Part shown: positions 28,054 through 36,146 of the stretch, in pieces
Layout of the letters: the number at the start of each line of letters is the position of its first letter
Numbering within the stretch: the first letter of the stretch is position 1
NCBI GenBank assembly: GCA_012800855.1
Contig: JAAZIN010000098.1
Location: 1 to 63,019, forward strand
Direction of reading: 5' to 3'
Length of the DNA: 63,019 nucleotides
Origin: Bacillota bacterium
Lineage (GTDB): Bacteria; Bacillota; Dethiobacteria; DTU022
Program-made: the position numbers and the translations under genes
The notes under the pieces: model-generated
The model's database searches: none
What the model saw: only the letters and a program-made list of their open reading frames with translations
Told to the model about the DNA's origin: nothing

Positions 28054-31000
28054 TTGCAGTATCGAGCTCCCCGGGGGACGAGAGATATATTTGCGGAAGA
28101 AGTGGAGAAGTGGCAGCAGCTGGAGGAAACTTTTCGCCGGTTTTGCAAGCTTTACGGCTACAGGGAAATACGCACGCCTCTTTTTGAGCAGACGGAGCTG
28201 TTTACCCGCAGCGTGGGCGAGGAGAGCGACATCGTCTCCAAGGAGATGTACACCTTCCAGGACCGCAGCGGCCGCAGCATGACCCTGCGGCCCGAGGGCA
28301 CCGCCCCGGTGGTGCGTGCCTACCTGGAGCACAATATGAAAGAGGGGCCGCAGCCGGTAAAGCTTTACTATATCGGCCCCATGTTCCGCTACGACCGCCC
28401 GCAGGCGGGGCGCTACCGCCAGTTCCACCAGGTGGGGCTGGAGCTTTTCGGCGCCGCCGGCCCGGCCGCCGACGCGGAGATCATTACCCTCTCCCTGGGC
28501 TTCTTGAAGGCGCTGCACATCGAAGACTTTGACCTGGAGCTCAACAGCGTGGGCTGCCCGCAGTGCCGCCCCGCCTACTGCAGCAAGCTTCTCGACTACC
28601 TGCAGCCGCTGGCGGAAAATTTCTGCCCGGACTGCCGCCGCCGCATTGCCGGCAACCCGCTGCGCGTTCTCGACTGCAAGGAGGAGCGCTGCCGGGAGCT
28701 TATGCGGCAGGCGCCGCAGCTGACGGGCTGCCTCTGCAGTGCCTGCGATTCCCATTTCCGCCAGCTCCGCAAGCTGCTGGAAGGGCTGCACATTCCTTAC
28801 CTGCTCAACCCCCGCCTGGTGCGCGGCCTCGACTACTATACGCGGACCGCATTTGAGTTTGTGCCCCGCAACGCCGGCCCGCAGGGCTCCCTGGGCGGCG
28901 GGGGGCGCTACGACAACCTGGTGGAATCCTGCGGCGGCCCCTCGGTGCCCGGCGTGGGCGTGGCCTTCGGGATCGAGCGGCTCCTTGCCGCCGCGGAAAG
29001 CGCCGCCGCGGCGCCCTTTGCCCCCGCCAGGCCCCCGCTTTACATTGCCATGACCGGCGAGGAGCTGCTGGGCGATGCGCTGGGCCTGGCCGAAGAGCTG
29101 CGCCGGAACGGCGTCGCTGCGGAGGTGGAGCTCATGGGGCGCAGCCTGAAGGGGCAGATGAAGTATGCCGGGCGCAAGGGCTTCCCTGCCGTGGTTATCA
29201 TGGGCTCGCGCGAGCTGGCCGCGGGCAAGGTGACCCTGCGCCGCATGGAGAGCGGGGAGCAGGAGGAGCTGACGCGGGAGGAACTCCTGGAGAGGCTGCG
29301 GGCCGCCGAAGCCGGCCCCGGGGAAGAGGGGAGCGCTTTGCCGGACAATCCTGCCGGGGATCCCCCCGGTTGCGGCGAGCTGCGGGCTGAAGATGCCGGC
29401 AGGGAGGTAACCCTTTACGGCTGGGTGCAGCGCCGCCGCGATCACGGCGGGCTCCTTTTTGTCGACCTCCGGGATCGCACCGGCATCGTGCAGCTCGTCT
29501 TCGACAGCGAAAGCAGCGGGGAGCTTTTTGACGTGGCCGAAACGCTGCGCAGCGAGTACGTGGTCAAGGTGGGGGGCGAGGTTGTCCGCCGCGATCCCGC
29601 CAATGTGAACCCGGCGCTGAAAACAGGCGAGATCGAAGTCCGTGTCAAGTCACTGGAGATACTCAACCGCTCCAAGACGCCTCCCTTCTACATTGAAGAC
29701 GGCATTCAGGTGGATGAAAACGTGCGCCTGCGCTACCGCTACCTGGATCTACGCCGCCCGGAGAATTACCGCCGCCTGGAGATGCGCCACCGCATGGTGA
29801 AGCTCATCCGCGACTACCTCGACGGATGCGGCTTCCTCGAGATCGAGACGCCCATGCTCACGCGGAGCACCCCCGAAGGGGCGCGCGATTTCCTTGTGCC
29901 CAGCCGCACCAGCCGGGGCTCCTTCTACGCGCTCCCGCAGTCGCCGCAGCTCTTCAAGCAGCTGCTCATGGCCGCTGGGGTACAGCGCTACTTCCAGATT
30001 GCCCGCTGTTTCAGGGACGAGGACCTGCGCGCGGATCGGCAGCCGGAGTTTACCCAGATTGACATGGAGATCTCCTTCCTCGGCAGGGAGCGCCTCTTCG
30101 CCATTGTGGAGGGGATGATGGCCTGCCTCTTCAGAGAGATTCTGGGGCGCGAGCTTGCATTACCCTTCCCCAGGATGACTTACCGCGAGGCCATGGAGCG
30201 CTTCGGCTCGGACAAGCCGGACCTGCGCTTCGGCATGGAGTTGGTGGACTGCAGCGAGCCGGCTCGGGAGAGCGAATTCAAGATTTTCCGCGATGCCCTG
30301 GAAAAAGGGGGCGTGGTCAAAGCCCTGCGCGTGCCGGGTAAAGGAGGCGCCAGCCGCAAGGAGTTGGACGACCTGGTGAAGCTGGCCGTGGCCTTTGGCG
30401 CCGGGGGTCTGGCCTGGATGGCGCGGCAGGAGGAGGGCTGGCGCTCGCCCATAGCCAAGTTTTTCAGCCCCGCCCTGCTGGATCGCATCGGGGAGCTGAC
30501 GGAGGCGGCGCCCGGCGACCTGCTCCTTTTTGCCGCCGGCGAGGCCGCGGTTTGCCACGAGGTGCTGGGCAGGCTGCGGCTGCACCTGGCCCCGGAAGAG
30601 CTCTCCCCGGAGCCGCACTTCCTCTGGGTGGTGGACTTTCCCCTCTTTGAATACGACGCCGCGGAGAAGCGGTTGAACGCGGCCCACCATCCCTTCACCG
30701 CACCGCACGAGGATGACCTCCACCTTCTGGAGACGGAGCCGCTGGCGGTGCGCTCGCAGGCTTACGATCTCGTTCTCAACGGGGTGGAGCTGGGTTCCGG
30801 CAGCACGCGCATCCACCGCCGCGAGGTCCAGATGCAGGTGTTCAATCTCCTGGGCCTTTCAGAAGCGGAGGCCATGGAGAAGTTCTCCTTCCTGCTGGAA
30901 GCCTTTGACTACGGCCTGCCGCCCCATGGCGGCATTGCCCTGGGGCTTGACCGGCTGGTGGCCTTCTTCACGGGGGACGAGTCCATCCGCCAGGTCATCG

Positions 31001-31128
31001 CCTTCCCGAAGACTGCCGCCGGAAGCTGCCTTCTCACCGGTGCGCCCGCTCCCGTGGAGCCCCACCAGCTGCAAGAGCTGGGCATTGCCGTCAAATCCGC
31101 CGCAAAAGACGGCGGCCCAGCCCGCTAA
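28054..31128 (+). CDS. hisS/aspS: single 1024-codon ORF encoding histidyl-tRNA synthetase (aa ~1-420) fused in frame to aspartyl-tRNA synthetase (aa ~435-1024)
   Basis: HisRS motifs: RGTRD, MYTFQDRSGRSMTLRPEGT, FRYDRPQAGRYRQFHQ, GGGGRYD. After a Pro/Gly/Glu-rich linker come AspRS motifs: CGELR...LYGWVQRRRDHGGLLFVDLRDRTG, FRDEDLRADRQPEFTQIDME, GGIALGLDR. No stop codon separates them. TTG 29338, with GAGGGGAG 4-6 nt upstream, is a possible internal aspS start. Confidence 0.85.
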   Translation: MQYRAPRGTRDIFAEEVEKWQQLEETFRRFCKLYGYREIRTPLFEQTELFTRSVGEESDIVSKEMYTFQDRSGRSMTLRPEGTAPVVRAYLEHNMKEGPQPVKLYYIGPMFRYDRPQAGRYRQFHQVGLELFGAAGPAADAEIITLSLGFLKALHIEDFDLELNSVGCPQCRPAYCSKLLDYLQPLAENFCPDCRRRIAGNPLRVLDCKEERCRELMRQAPQLTGCLCSACDSHFRQLRKLLEGLHIPYLLNPRLVRGLDYYTRTAFEFVPRNAGPQGSLGGGGRYDNLVESCGGPSVPGVGVAFGIERLLAAAESAAAAPFAPARPPLYIAMTGEELLGDALGLAEELRRNGVAAEVELMGRSLKGQMKYAGRKGFPAVVIMGSRELAAGKVTLRRMESGEQEELTREELLERLRAAEAGPGEEGSALPDNPAGDPPGCGELRAEDAGREVTLYGWVQRRRDHGGLLFVDLRDRTGIVQLVFDSESSGELFDVAETLRSEYVVKVGGEVVRRDPANVNPALKTGEIEVRVKSLEILNRSKTPPFYIEDGIQVDENVRLRYRYLDLRRPENYRRLEMRHRMVKLIRDYLDGCGFLEIETPMLTRSTPEGARDFLVPSRTSRGSFYALPQSPQLFKQLLMAAGVQRYFQIARCFRDEDLRADRQPEFTQIDMEISFLGRERLFAIVEGMMACLFREILGRELALPFPRMTYREAMERFGSDKPDLRFGMELVDCSEPARESEFKIFRDALEKGGVVKALRVPGKGGASRKELDDLVKLAVAFGAGGLAWMARQEEGWRSPIAKFFSPALLDRIGELTEAAPGDLLLFAAGEAAVCHEVLGRLRLHLAPEELSPEPHFLWVVDFPLFEYDAAEKRLNAAHHPFTAPHEDDLHLLETEPLAVRSQAYDLVLNGVELGSGSTRIHRREVQMQVFNLLGLSEAEAMEKFSFLLEAFDYGLPPHGGIALGLDRLVAFFTGDESIRQVIAFPKTAAGSCLLTGAPAPVEPHQLQELGIAVKSAAKDGGPAR

Positions 31129-31396
31129 AGGCGTTGATGAGATCGTGCATGACCCCGGAGCCGCGGGAGATGAGCAGCCCGGTAAGGAGGTAGTCGGCAT
31201 AGGGGCAGCGGATGAAGCCGTCCCCGGCCGGCGCCAGCAGCCCCCGGTCGGTAAGGAAGCAGATGAGAACGCCCATGGCAGCGGCGAGCCAGGCCGCCGG
31301 CAGCCGCTGCAAAAAAGGGAGGCCTTTCCGGAGCGTCTCGGTGATGAATTCCACCGCCACGGCCAGGTAAAGCAGCTTGGTCAGCGCATCGCCCAC
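31091..31396 (-). CDS. small membrane protein, holin-like
   Basis: 101-aa ORF with a GTG start and an AAGGAG RBS 9 nt upstream. It has predicted hydrophobic helices (LLYLAVAVEFI, WLAAAMGVLICFL, LLTGLLI) and a basic C-terminal tail. Its 3' end overlaps the aspS 3' end by 38 nt, convergently. Confidence 0.5.
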   Translation of the reverse strand: MGDALTKLLYLAVAVEFITETLRKGLPFLQRLPAAWLAAAMGVLICFLTDRGLLAPAGDGFIRCPYADYLLTGLLISRGSGVMHDLINAFSGLGRRLLRRI

Positions 31397-31560
31397 GGTG
31401 CCATTCTCCTTTTAAATTGACAGGGTATTCCATATATCATATGACCCCGGCGTAGCTGCTGACAGCGTTTAAGGGGGATGTTTTTTGGGCAAGGGGGCGT
31501 TCATGGCGGCTGTTTCATGCCTCCTGTATCTTTTTTCCTGCTGCCGGCCTCTTGAAACTC

Positions 31561-31589
31561 TTGCTTCTTGCCGGCCCTTATGCTATGAT
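31561..31589 (+). promoter_or_regulatory. sigma-A type promoter for the 6S-like RNA
   Basis: TTGCTT-17 nt-TATGAT. Confidence 0.5.
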
Positions 31590-31595
31590 CCTAGT

Positions 31596-31781
31596 GCCAA
31601 AAGCCCTGCTGTGCTCGTGTAAACCGGTTAAGTTTTGAGCTAACACACATTTAAAGGGAGCCCGGGCTTTAGCTGTAGCGTAGAAGCCTCCTTCGAGAGG
31701 ACCTACAAAGCAGCTAAGAGGGCACCCACCTTTAGGGGGAAGGGTTCAAAACCCAACGGTCCACGGCATGGCGGGGTTTTT
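31596..31781 (+). ncRNA. ssrS: probable 6S RNA (SsrS)
   Basis: ~186 nt with no ORF. The 5' end (AAAAGCCCUGCUGUGC) pairs over 16 bp, counting G-U pairs, with the 3' end (GCACGGCAUGGCGGGGUUUUU). Further helices (GUUUUGA/UCAAAAC and ACCGGUU/AACGGU) extend a long irregular rod around an internal bubble and an apical hairpin. In Bacillus subtilis the 6S-1 gene also lies next to aspS. Confidence 0.55.
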
Positions 31782-32022
31782 GTAGGCGCCGCCTTTCCGG
31801 CATGAAGCGCCCTGCGGCGACAGCTTGCCCCAGCAAAGGCGGGGCTGTCGTTTCGGGACTGCCGCGGTTCGCGGCAAAGATGATTGATTGGGAAGATCGC
31901 CCGCGGAAAAGGGCGACAGATGCTGAACGATGGCTGCACCCCGCGGGGGAATATAACAAAAGGCGACAGGGGCAGCCAATATTTATTGTAAATATATGTC
32001 AGTCCTGTCATTAATTAGTGAG

Positions 32023-32057
32023 AAGAGGAGGTATTTTTTCCTCTTTTTTTTTATTTT
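32023..32057 (+). terminator. Rho-independent terminator
   Basis: AAGAGGA-ggtattttt-TCCTCTT stem followed by a 12-nt T-rich run. Confidence 0.7.
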
Positions 32058-32107
32058 TGGGCGGTTTTAAGAAGGAGTTTTTCCCGGTGGCGCGAATTGA
32101 TATGTAA

Positions 32108-32132
32108 GTGGTGGATAGTGGAGCAAAGTGGA
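32108..32132 (+). promoter_or_regulatory. three direct GTGG(T/A) repeats at exact 10-bp spacing: candidate MraZ operator
   Basis: GTGGTggataGTGGAgcaaaGTGGA sits 13 nt upstream of the mraZ ATG. MraZ is known to bind phased GTGGG-type direct repeats in its own promoter region. Confidence 0.55.
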
Positions 32133-32144
32133 TGGAGGCGGGCC

Positions 32145-32576
32145 ATGTTTACCGGGGAATTCCAGCACACCCTCGATGAGAAGGGGCGGGTGATCATTCC
32201 GGCCAAGCTGCGGGAAGGCCTGGGCGACGTGATCATGATCACCAGGGGCCTTGACCGCTGCCTTTTCATCTACCCCCTGGAAGCCTGGAAGAAAATCGAG
32301 CAGAAGCTCAAGGAGCTCCCGCTGACCCGCAGCGAGGCCCGCGCCTTCGCCCGCTACTTTTTCTCCGGCGCCGCCGAGGTGGAGATTGACAAGCAGGGGC
32401 GGATCTTGATCCCGCAGAACCTGCGCGAATATGCCGGCATCGAAAAAGAGGTGGCCATCATTGGCGTTTCCGACCGGGTGGAGGTATGGAGCGAGGCCGC
32501 CTGGAGAGAATATACCAGCGCCGAAAACCTCAATTTCGAGGCGGTGGCGGAGAAGCTTGCCGATTTCGTCTTTTAG
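32145..32576 (+). CDS. mraZ: transcriptional regulator MraZ
   Basis: Two SpoVT/AbrB-like halves with the DxxGR motif ([10 protein letters not shown] and DKQGRILIP). ATG 32145 has a GGAGG RBS. Confidence 0.9.
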   Translation: MFTGEFQHTLDEKGRVIIPAKLREGLGDVIMITRGLDRCLFIYPLEAWKKIEQKLKELPLTRSEARAFARYFFSGAAEVEIDKQGRILIPQNLREYAGIEKEVAIIGVSDRVEVWSEAAWREYTSAENLNFEAVAEKLADFVF

Positions 32577-32588
32577 CGGGGGACGCGC

Positions 32589-33548
32589 ATGGCGGAAGAG
32601 CATATCCCGGTCATGGTCCAAGAGGTGCTCCACTACCTCAACTGCCGCGAGGAGGGCATTTACGTCGACGCCACCGTGGGGGACGGCGGGCATGCCGCCG
32701 CCATCTGCAGCCGGCTGAAGGAGCCGGGCCTGCTCATCGGCCTGGACTGGGACGACGCCGCCCTGGAGCGGGCGGCGCGGCGGCTGGCGCCTTTTGCAGG
32801 TAGGTTCCGGCTGTTGCGGCGAAGCTATACCGAGCTGGAAGCGGTCTTGTGGGAGTTAGGCGTTTCCCGCGTGGACGGCATCCTCATGGACCTGGGCGTC
32901 TCCACGCTCCAGCTGAGCGATCCGGCGCGCGGCTTCTCCTACCGGCAGGATGAGCGGCTGGACATGCGCATGGACCGCCGCCTGGAGACGGATGCCGCCA
33001 GGCTGGTCAACGAGCTCCCGGAGGCTTCGCTGGCCCGAATCATCCTGCGCTACGGCGAGGAGAGGTGGGCGCGGCGCATCGCGGCGGGGATCGTGGCCCA
33101 CCGCGAGAAGGAGGGGCCCATCCAAAGCGGCGCCGAGCTGGCTGAAATTGTAAAAAGGGCCATCCCCGCCCCTGCCCGGAGGAGGGGAGGCCACCCGGCG
33201 CGGCGCACCTTCCAGGCGCTGCGCATTGCCGTGAACCGCGAGCTGGAGAACATCGAGAGCTTTCTCCCGCAGGCGGTGGCCAGCCTGGCCCCGGGAGGGA
33301 GGATCTGCGTCATCGCCTACCACTCCTTGGAGGACCGCATCGTGAAGCGCTTCTTCCGGGAGCATTCCCGCAGCTGCAGTTGCCCGCGGGGCTTCCCCTG
33401 CACCTGCGGGGGGGATGGCGAGCTGCTCCTGCTAACCCGCAAAGCGGTGCGGCCGGCGGCGGAAGAGATCGCGCGAAATCCCCGCGCCCGCAGCGCGCTG
33501 CTGCGCGCCGCAGAGAGGCGCGTTCTAAAGAGAGAAGAGGGTGCATAA
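32589..33548 (+). CDS. rsmH: 16S rRNA (cytosine1402-N4)-methyltransferase
   Basis: RsmH motifs: HIPVM, DATVGDGGH, DLGVS, and SYHSLEDRIVK-like AYHSLEDRIVK. Confidence 0.9.
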   Translation: MAEEHIPVMVQEVLHYLNCREEGIYVDATVGDGGHAAAICSRLKEPGLLIGLDWDDAALERAARRLAPFAGRFRLLRRSYTELEAVLWELGVSRVDGILMDLGVSTLQLSDPARGFSYRQDERLDMRMDRRLETDAARLVNELPEASLARIILRYGEERWARRIAAGIVAHREKEGPIQSGAELAEIVKRAIPAPARRRGGHPARRTFQALRIAVNRELENIESFLPQAVASLAPGGRICVIAYHSLEDRIVKRFFREHSRSCSCPRGFPCTCGGDGELLLLTRKAVRPAAEEIARNPRARSALLRAAERRVLKREEGA

Positions 33549-33550
33549 AA

Positions 33551-33946
33551 GTGTTACAGGCCAGAAATATATTAACCGACCACCGGCCGGTTCATTTGCC
33601 GCAGGAACAGCCTGCCGGGAAGGCAAGCCGTGTCCGGGAGCGCCGTCTTTTGGGGCTGCGGAGCATGCCTTTTCTCCTGCTGGCCGGCTGCTTTCTCCTC
33701 GGCCTGGTGATCATCGCTCAGTACTCCTCCATGGTTTCCCTGCACTACCGGATTGCCCGTGCCGAAGAGAAGATCAGCGCTCTGCAGGAGGAATACCGGC
33801 AGCTGGAGCAGGAGGCGGCCCGGCTGAGCTCCCTGGCCCGCATTGAGATGATTGCCCGCTCCGAGCTGGGCATGCAGGAGCCGGAAAGCGGCCAGGTGAG
33901 GATCCTCACCGCCGGCCGGGGAGGTGCATCCGCCGCAGGGGAGTGA
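33551..33946 (+). CDS. ftsL: cell division protein FtsL
   Basis: Single TM helix (FLLLAGCFLLGLVIIAQ) followed by a coiled coil (RIARAEEKISALQEEYRQLEQEAARL). Its position between rsmH and the PBP gene fits. GTG 33551 lies directly after the rsmH stop. Confidence 0.75.
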   Translation: MLQARNILTDHRPVHLPQEQPAGKASRVRERRLLGLRSMPFLLLAGCFLLGLVIIAQYSSMVSLHYRIARAEEKISALQEEYRQLEQEAARLSSLARIEMIARSELGMQEPESGQVRILTAGRGGASAAGE

Positions 33947-33953
33947 GCGCCGC

Positions 33954-36053
33954 TTGCTGGAGCTATCGGTAACGCTGCCCGCCGTGCGCCGCAGGGTCAT
34001 GGTCATGTTTTTTTTCATTATCATGGCCGTGGCTGTCCTCATCGGCCGGCTGGGCTGGCTGCAGATCATCCGCTCCGAGGAGCTCTACGAGGCGGCCTGG
34101 GAGCAGTGGAACCGCAGCATCCCCGCGCGCTCGCCGCGCGGCACCATCTATGACCGCGAGGGAAGAATGCTTGCCGGAAGCTCCACCGTGGACACGGTGG
34201 TGGCCATCCCGGCGCAAATAGAGGATCCCGTGAAGACGGCGAAGCTCCTGGCGCCGGTGCTGGAGATGAAGGAAGAGGAGCTGCTGGAGAAGCTGACCAT
34301 GAATCTCAGCGCCATCTACCTGAAGCGCAAGGTGACGCCGGAGACCTCGCAGGCGGTGCGGGAGCTGGAGCTGCCCGGGATTATCTTTACCACCGAGGGG
34401 CAGCGCTTCTACCCCAACGGAACCCTGGCCTCGCAGCTGCTCGGCTTTGTGGGCATGGACGAGGGCCTGGCCGGGCTGGAGGTCTACTACGAGGAGCAGC
34501 TCAAGGGGAAGGAGGGCTACCTGCTTTTCCCCTCTGACAACCTAAACCGGCCCATCCCGCACGAGATCAAGCGTTTTGTCCCGCCCAAGGAGGGGATGGA
34601 TCTCTACCTGACCATCGACGAAACGGTCCAGTACATCGTGGAGCGGGAGCTGGCCCGGGCCATGATCGAGTTCCAGCCCAAGGCGGTCATGGCCATTGCC
34701 GCCGATCCCCGCACCGGCGCCATCCTGGCGGCGGCATCGAAGCCTGATTATGATCCGCTGCACTACGAAAAGTATGATTCCAAGTACTGGGCCCTCCCCC
34801 CCATAACGAGCTCCTTCGAGCCGGGGTCGACCTTTAAGCTCATCACCCTCTGCGCCGCCGTGGAGGAGGGGCTTTACAACGAGCAGGAGTATTATTTTTG
34901 CCGCGGCTTCGCCTCCGTGGGCGGCCACAATATCCACTGCTGGACCGGCAGCGGCCACGGCAGCATCAGCTATCTCCAGGCGGTGGAGAGCTCCTGCAAC
35001 CCCGCCTTCATCAACCTGGGGCAGCGGCTGGGCGAGGAGAAGCTCTTCCGCTACATCCGCGCCTTTGGCTTTGGGAAGCCCACGGGGATCGACTATCCCG
35101 GGGAGAGCGGCGGCGTTGTTTTTGAAGATGAGCAGCTCGGTCCTGTGGAGCTGGCCACCACCGCTTTCGGCCAGGGGGTATCGGTAACCCCGCTGCAGCA
35201 GCTCATGGCCGTTTCGGCCATCGCCAACGGGGGCAAGCTGATGAAACCCTACCTGGTGGAGAAGATCTGCAACGCCGAGGGGGAGGTCGTCTACGAGCGT
35301 AAGCCGGAGCTCGTCCGCCAGGTCATCTCCCGTTCTACGGCTGAGCGGGTGGCGCGGATCATGGAGAGCGTGACCCTCAACGGCAGCGGCAAGAACGCGG
35401 CCATCGAGGGCTACCGCATTGCCACCAAGACAGGGACGGCGCAGAAGCCGGGACCGCGCGGCGGCTACATCCCCGGGGAGTATATCGTCTCCATGATCGG
35501 CTTTGTGCCGGTGGAGGATCCGCAGATTGTTCTCTACGTGGCCGTGGACGGGGCCAGCCGCGGCCCCCAGTGGGGCTCCCAGCTCGGCGCCCCCCTTTTC
35601 AGGCGCATCATGGTGGATGTGCTCAACTACCTCCAGGTGCCCCCCTCGGAGAAGCCCGCCGCCCCGGCGGAGCCGGTGGAGGTGCCCGAACTGCGCGGGC
35701 TGACCGTGGATGAGGCGGCGGCGCGGGTCGATACGGCCGGACTTATGTTAAGATTAATTGGAGAAGGGCAATATATTGTTAATCAGACCCCCAAGGCGGG
35801 GGCCACGGTTTCCCGGCAGACGCAGGTCGTGGTCTACCTGGGCGATGAAGAAGCTTTTTCCAGGAGCAGCATCACCGTGCCCGATCTCAGCGGCTTTACG
35901 GTGAAGGACGTGGGGCAGGTGCTCAACTGGCTGGGCCTCTACCTGGAGGCGGAGGGCTCGGGCATCGCCCTGCGCCAGGAGCCCGCTGCCGGAAGCCGCG
36001 TGGAAAAGGGGAATGTGATCAAGGTTTTCTTCGGCTCTCCTCTGGAGCAGTAG
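33954..36053 (+). CDS. class B penicillin-binding protein (FtsI/SpoVD-type) with two C-terminal PASTA domains
   Basis: Transpeptidase motifs STFK, SSCN (SxN) and KTGTA, plus two PASTA repeats at the C-terminus. The start could be TTG 33954 (AGGGGAG RBS) or GTG 33924. Confidence 0.9.
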   Translation: MLELSVTLPAVRRRVMVMFFFIIMAVAVLIGRLGWLQIIRSEELYEAAWEQWNRSIPARSPRGTIYDREGRMLAGSSTVDTVVAIPAQIEDPVKTAKLLAPVLEMKEEELLEKLTMNLSAIYLKRKVTPETSQAVRELELPGIIFTTEGQRFYPNGTLASQLLGFVGMDEGLAGLEVYYEEQLKGKEGYLLFPSDNLNRPIPHEIKRFVPPKEGMDLYLTIDETVQYIVERELARAMIEFQPKAVMAIAADPRTGAILAAASKPDYDPLHYEKYDSKYWALPPITSSFEPGSTFKLITLCAAVEEGLYNEQEYYFCRGFASVGGHNIHCWTGSGHGSISYLQAVESSCNPAFINLGQRLGEEKLFRYIRAFGFGKPTGIDYPGESGGVVFEDEQLGPVELATTAFGQGVSVTPLQQLMAVSAIANGGKLMKPYLVEKICNAEGEVVYERKPELVRQVISRSTAERVARIMESVTLNGSGKNAAIEGYRIATKTGTAQKPGPRGGYIPGEYIVSMIGFVPVEDPQIVLYVAVDGASRGPQWGSQLGAPLFRRIMVDVLNYLQVPPSEKPAAPAEPVEVPELRGLTVDEAAARVDTAGLMLRLIGEGQYIVNQTPKAGATVSRQTQVVVYLGDEEAFSRSSITVPDLSGFTVKDVGQVLNWLGLYLEAEGSGIALRQEPAAGSRVEKGNVIKVFFGSPLEQ

Positions 36054-36146
36054 AAAGACCCGGCACAGCTTCATCTTTCGGGAATATGATAAAATGCCGG
36101 GCTGCGCAGAAGCAGCCTGGCAGAACAAAACCGGAAGAGAGGCTGC

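Noticed and set aside
31802-32014. A 70-aa ORF and overlapping minus-strand ORFs in the aspS-mraZ spacer.
   Set aside because: There is no RBS, the composition is odd, and the region is dominated by perfect RNA hairpins. It is treated as non-coding structured RNA instead.
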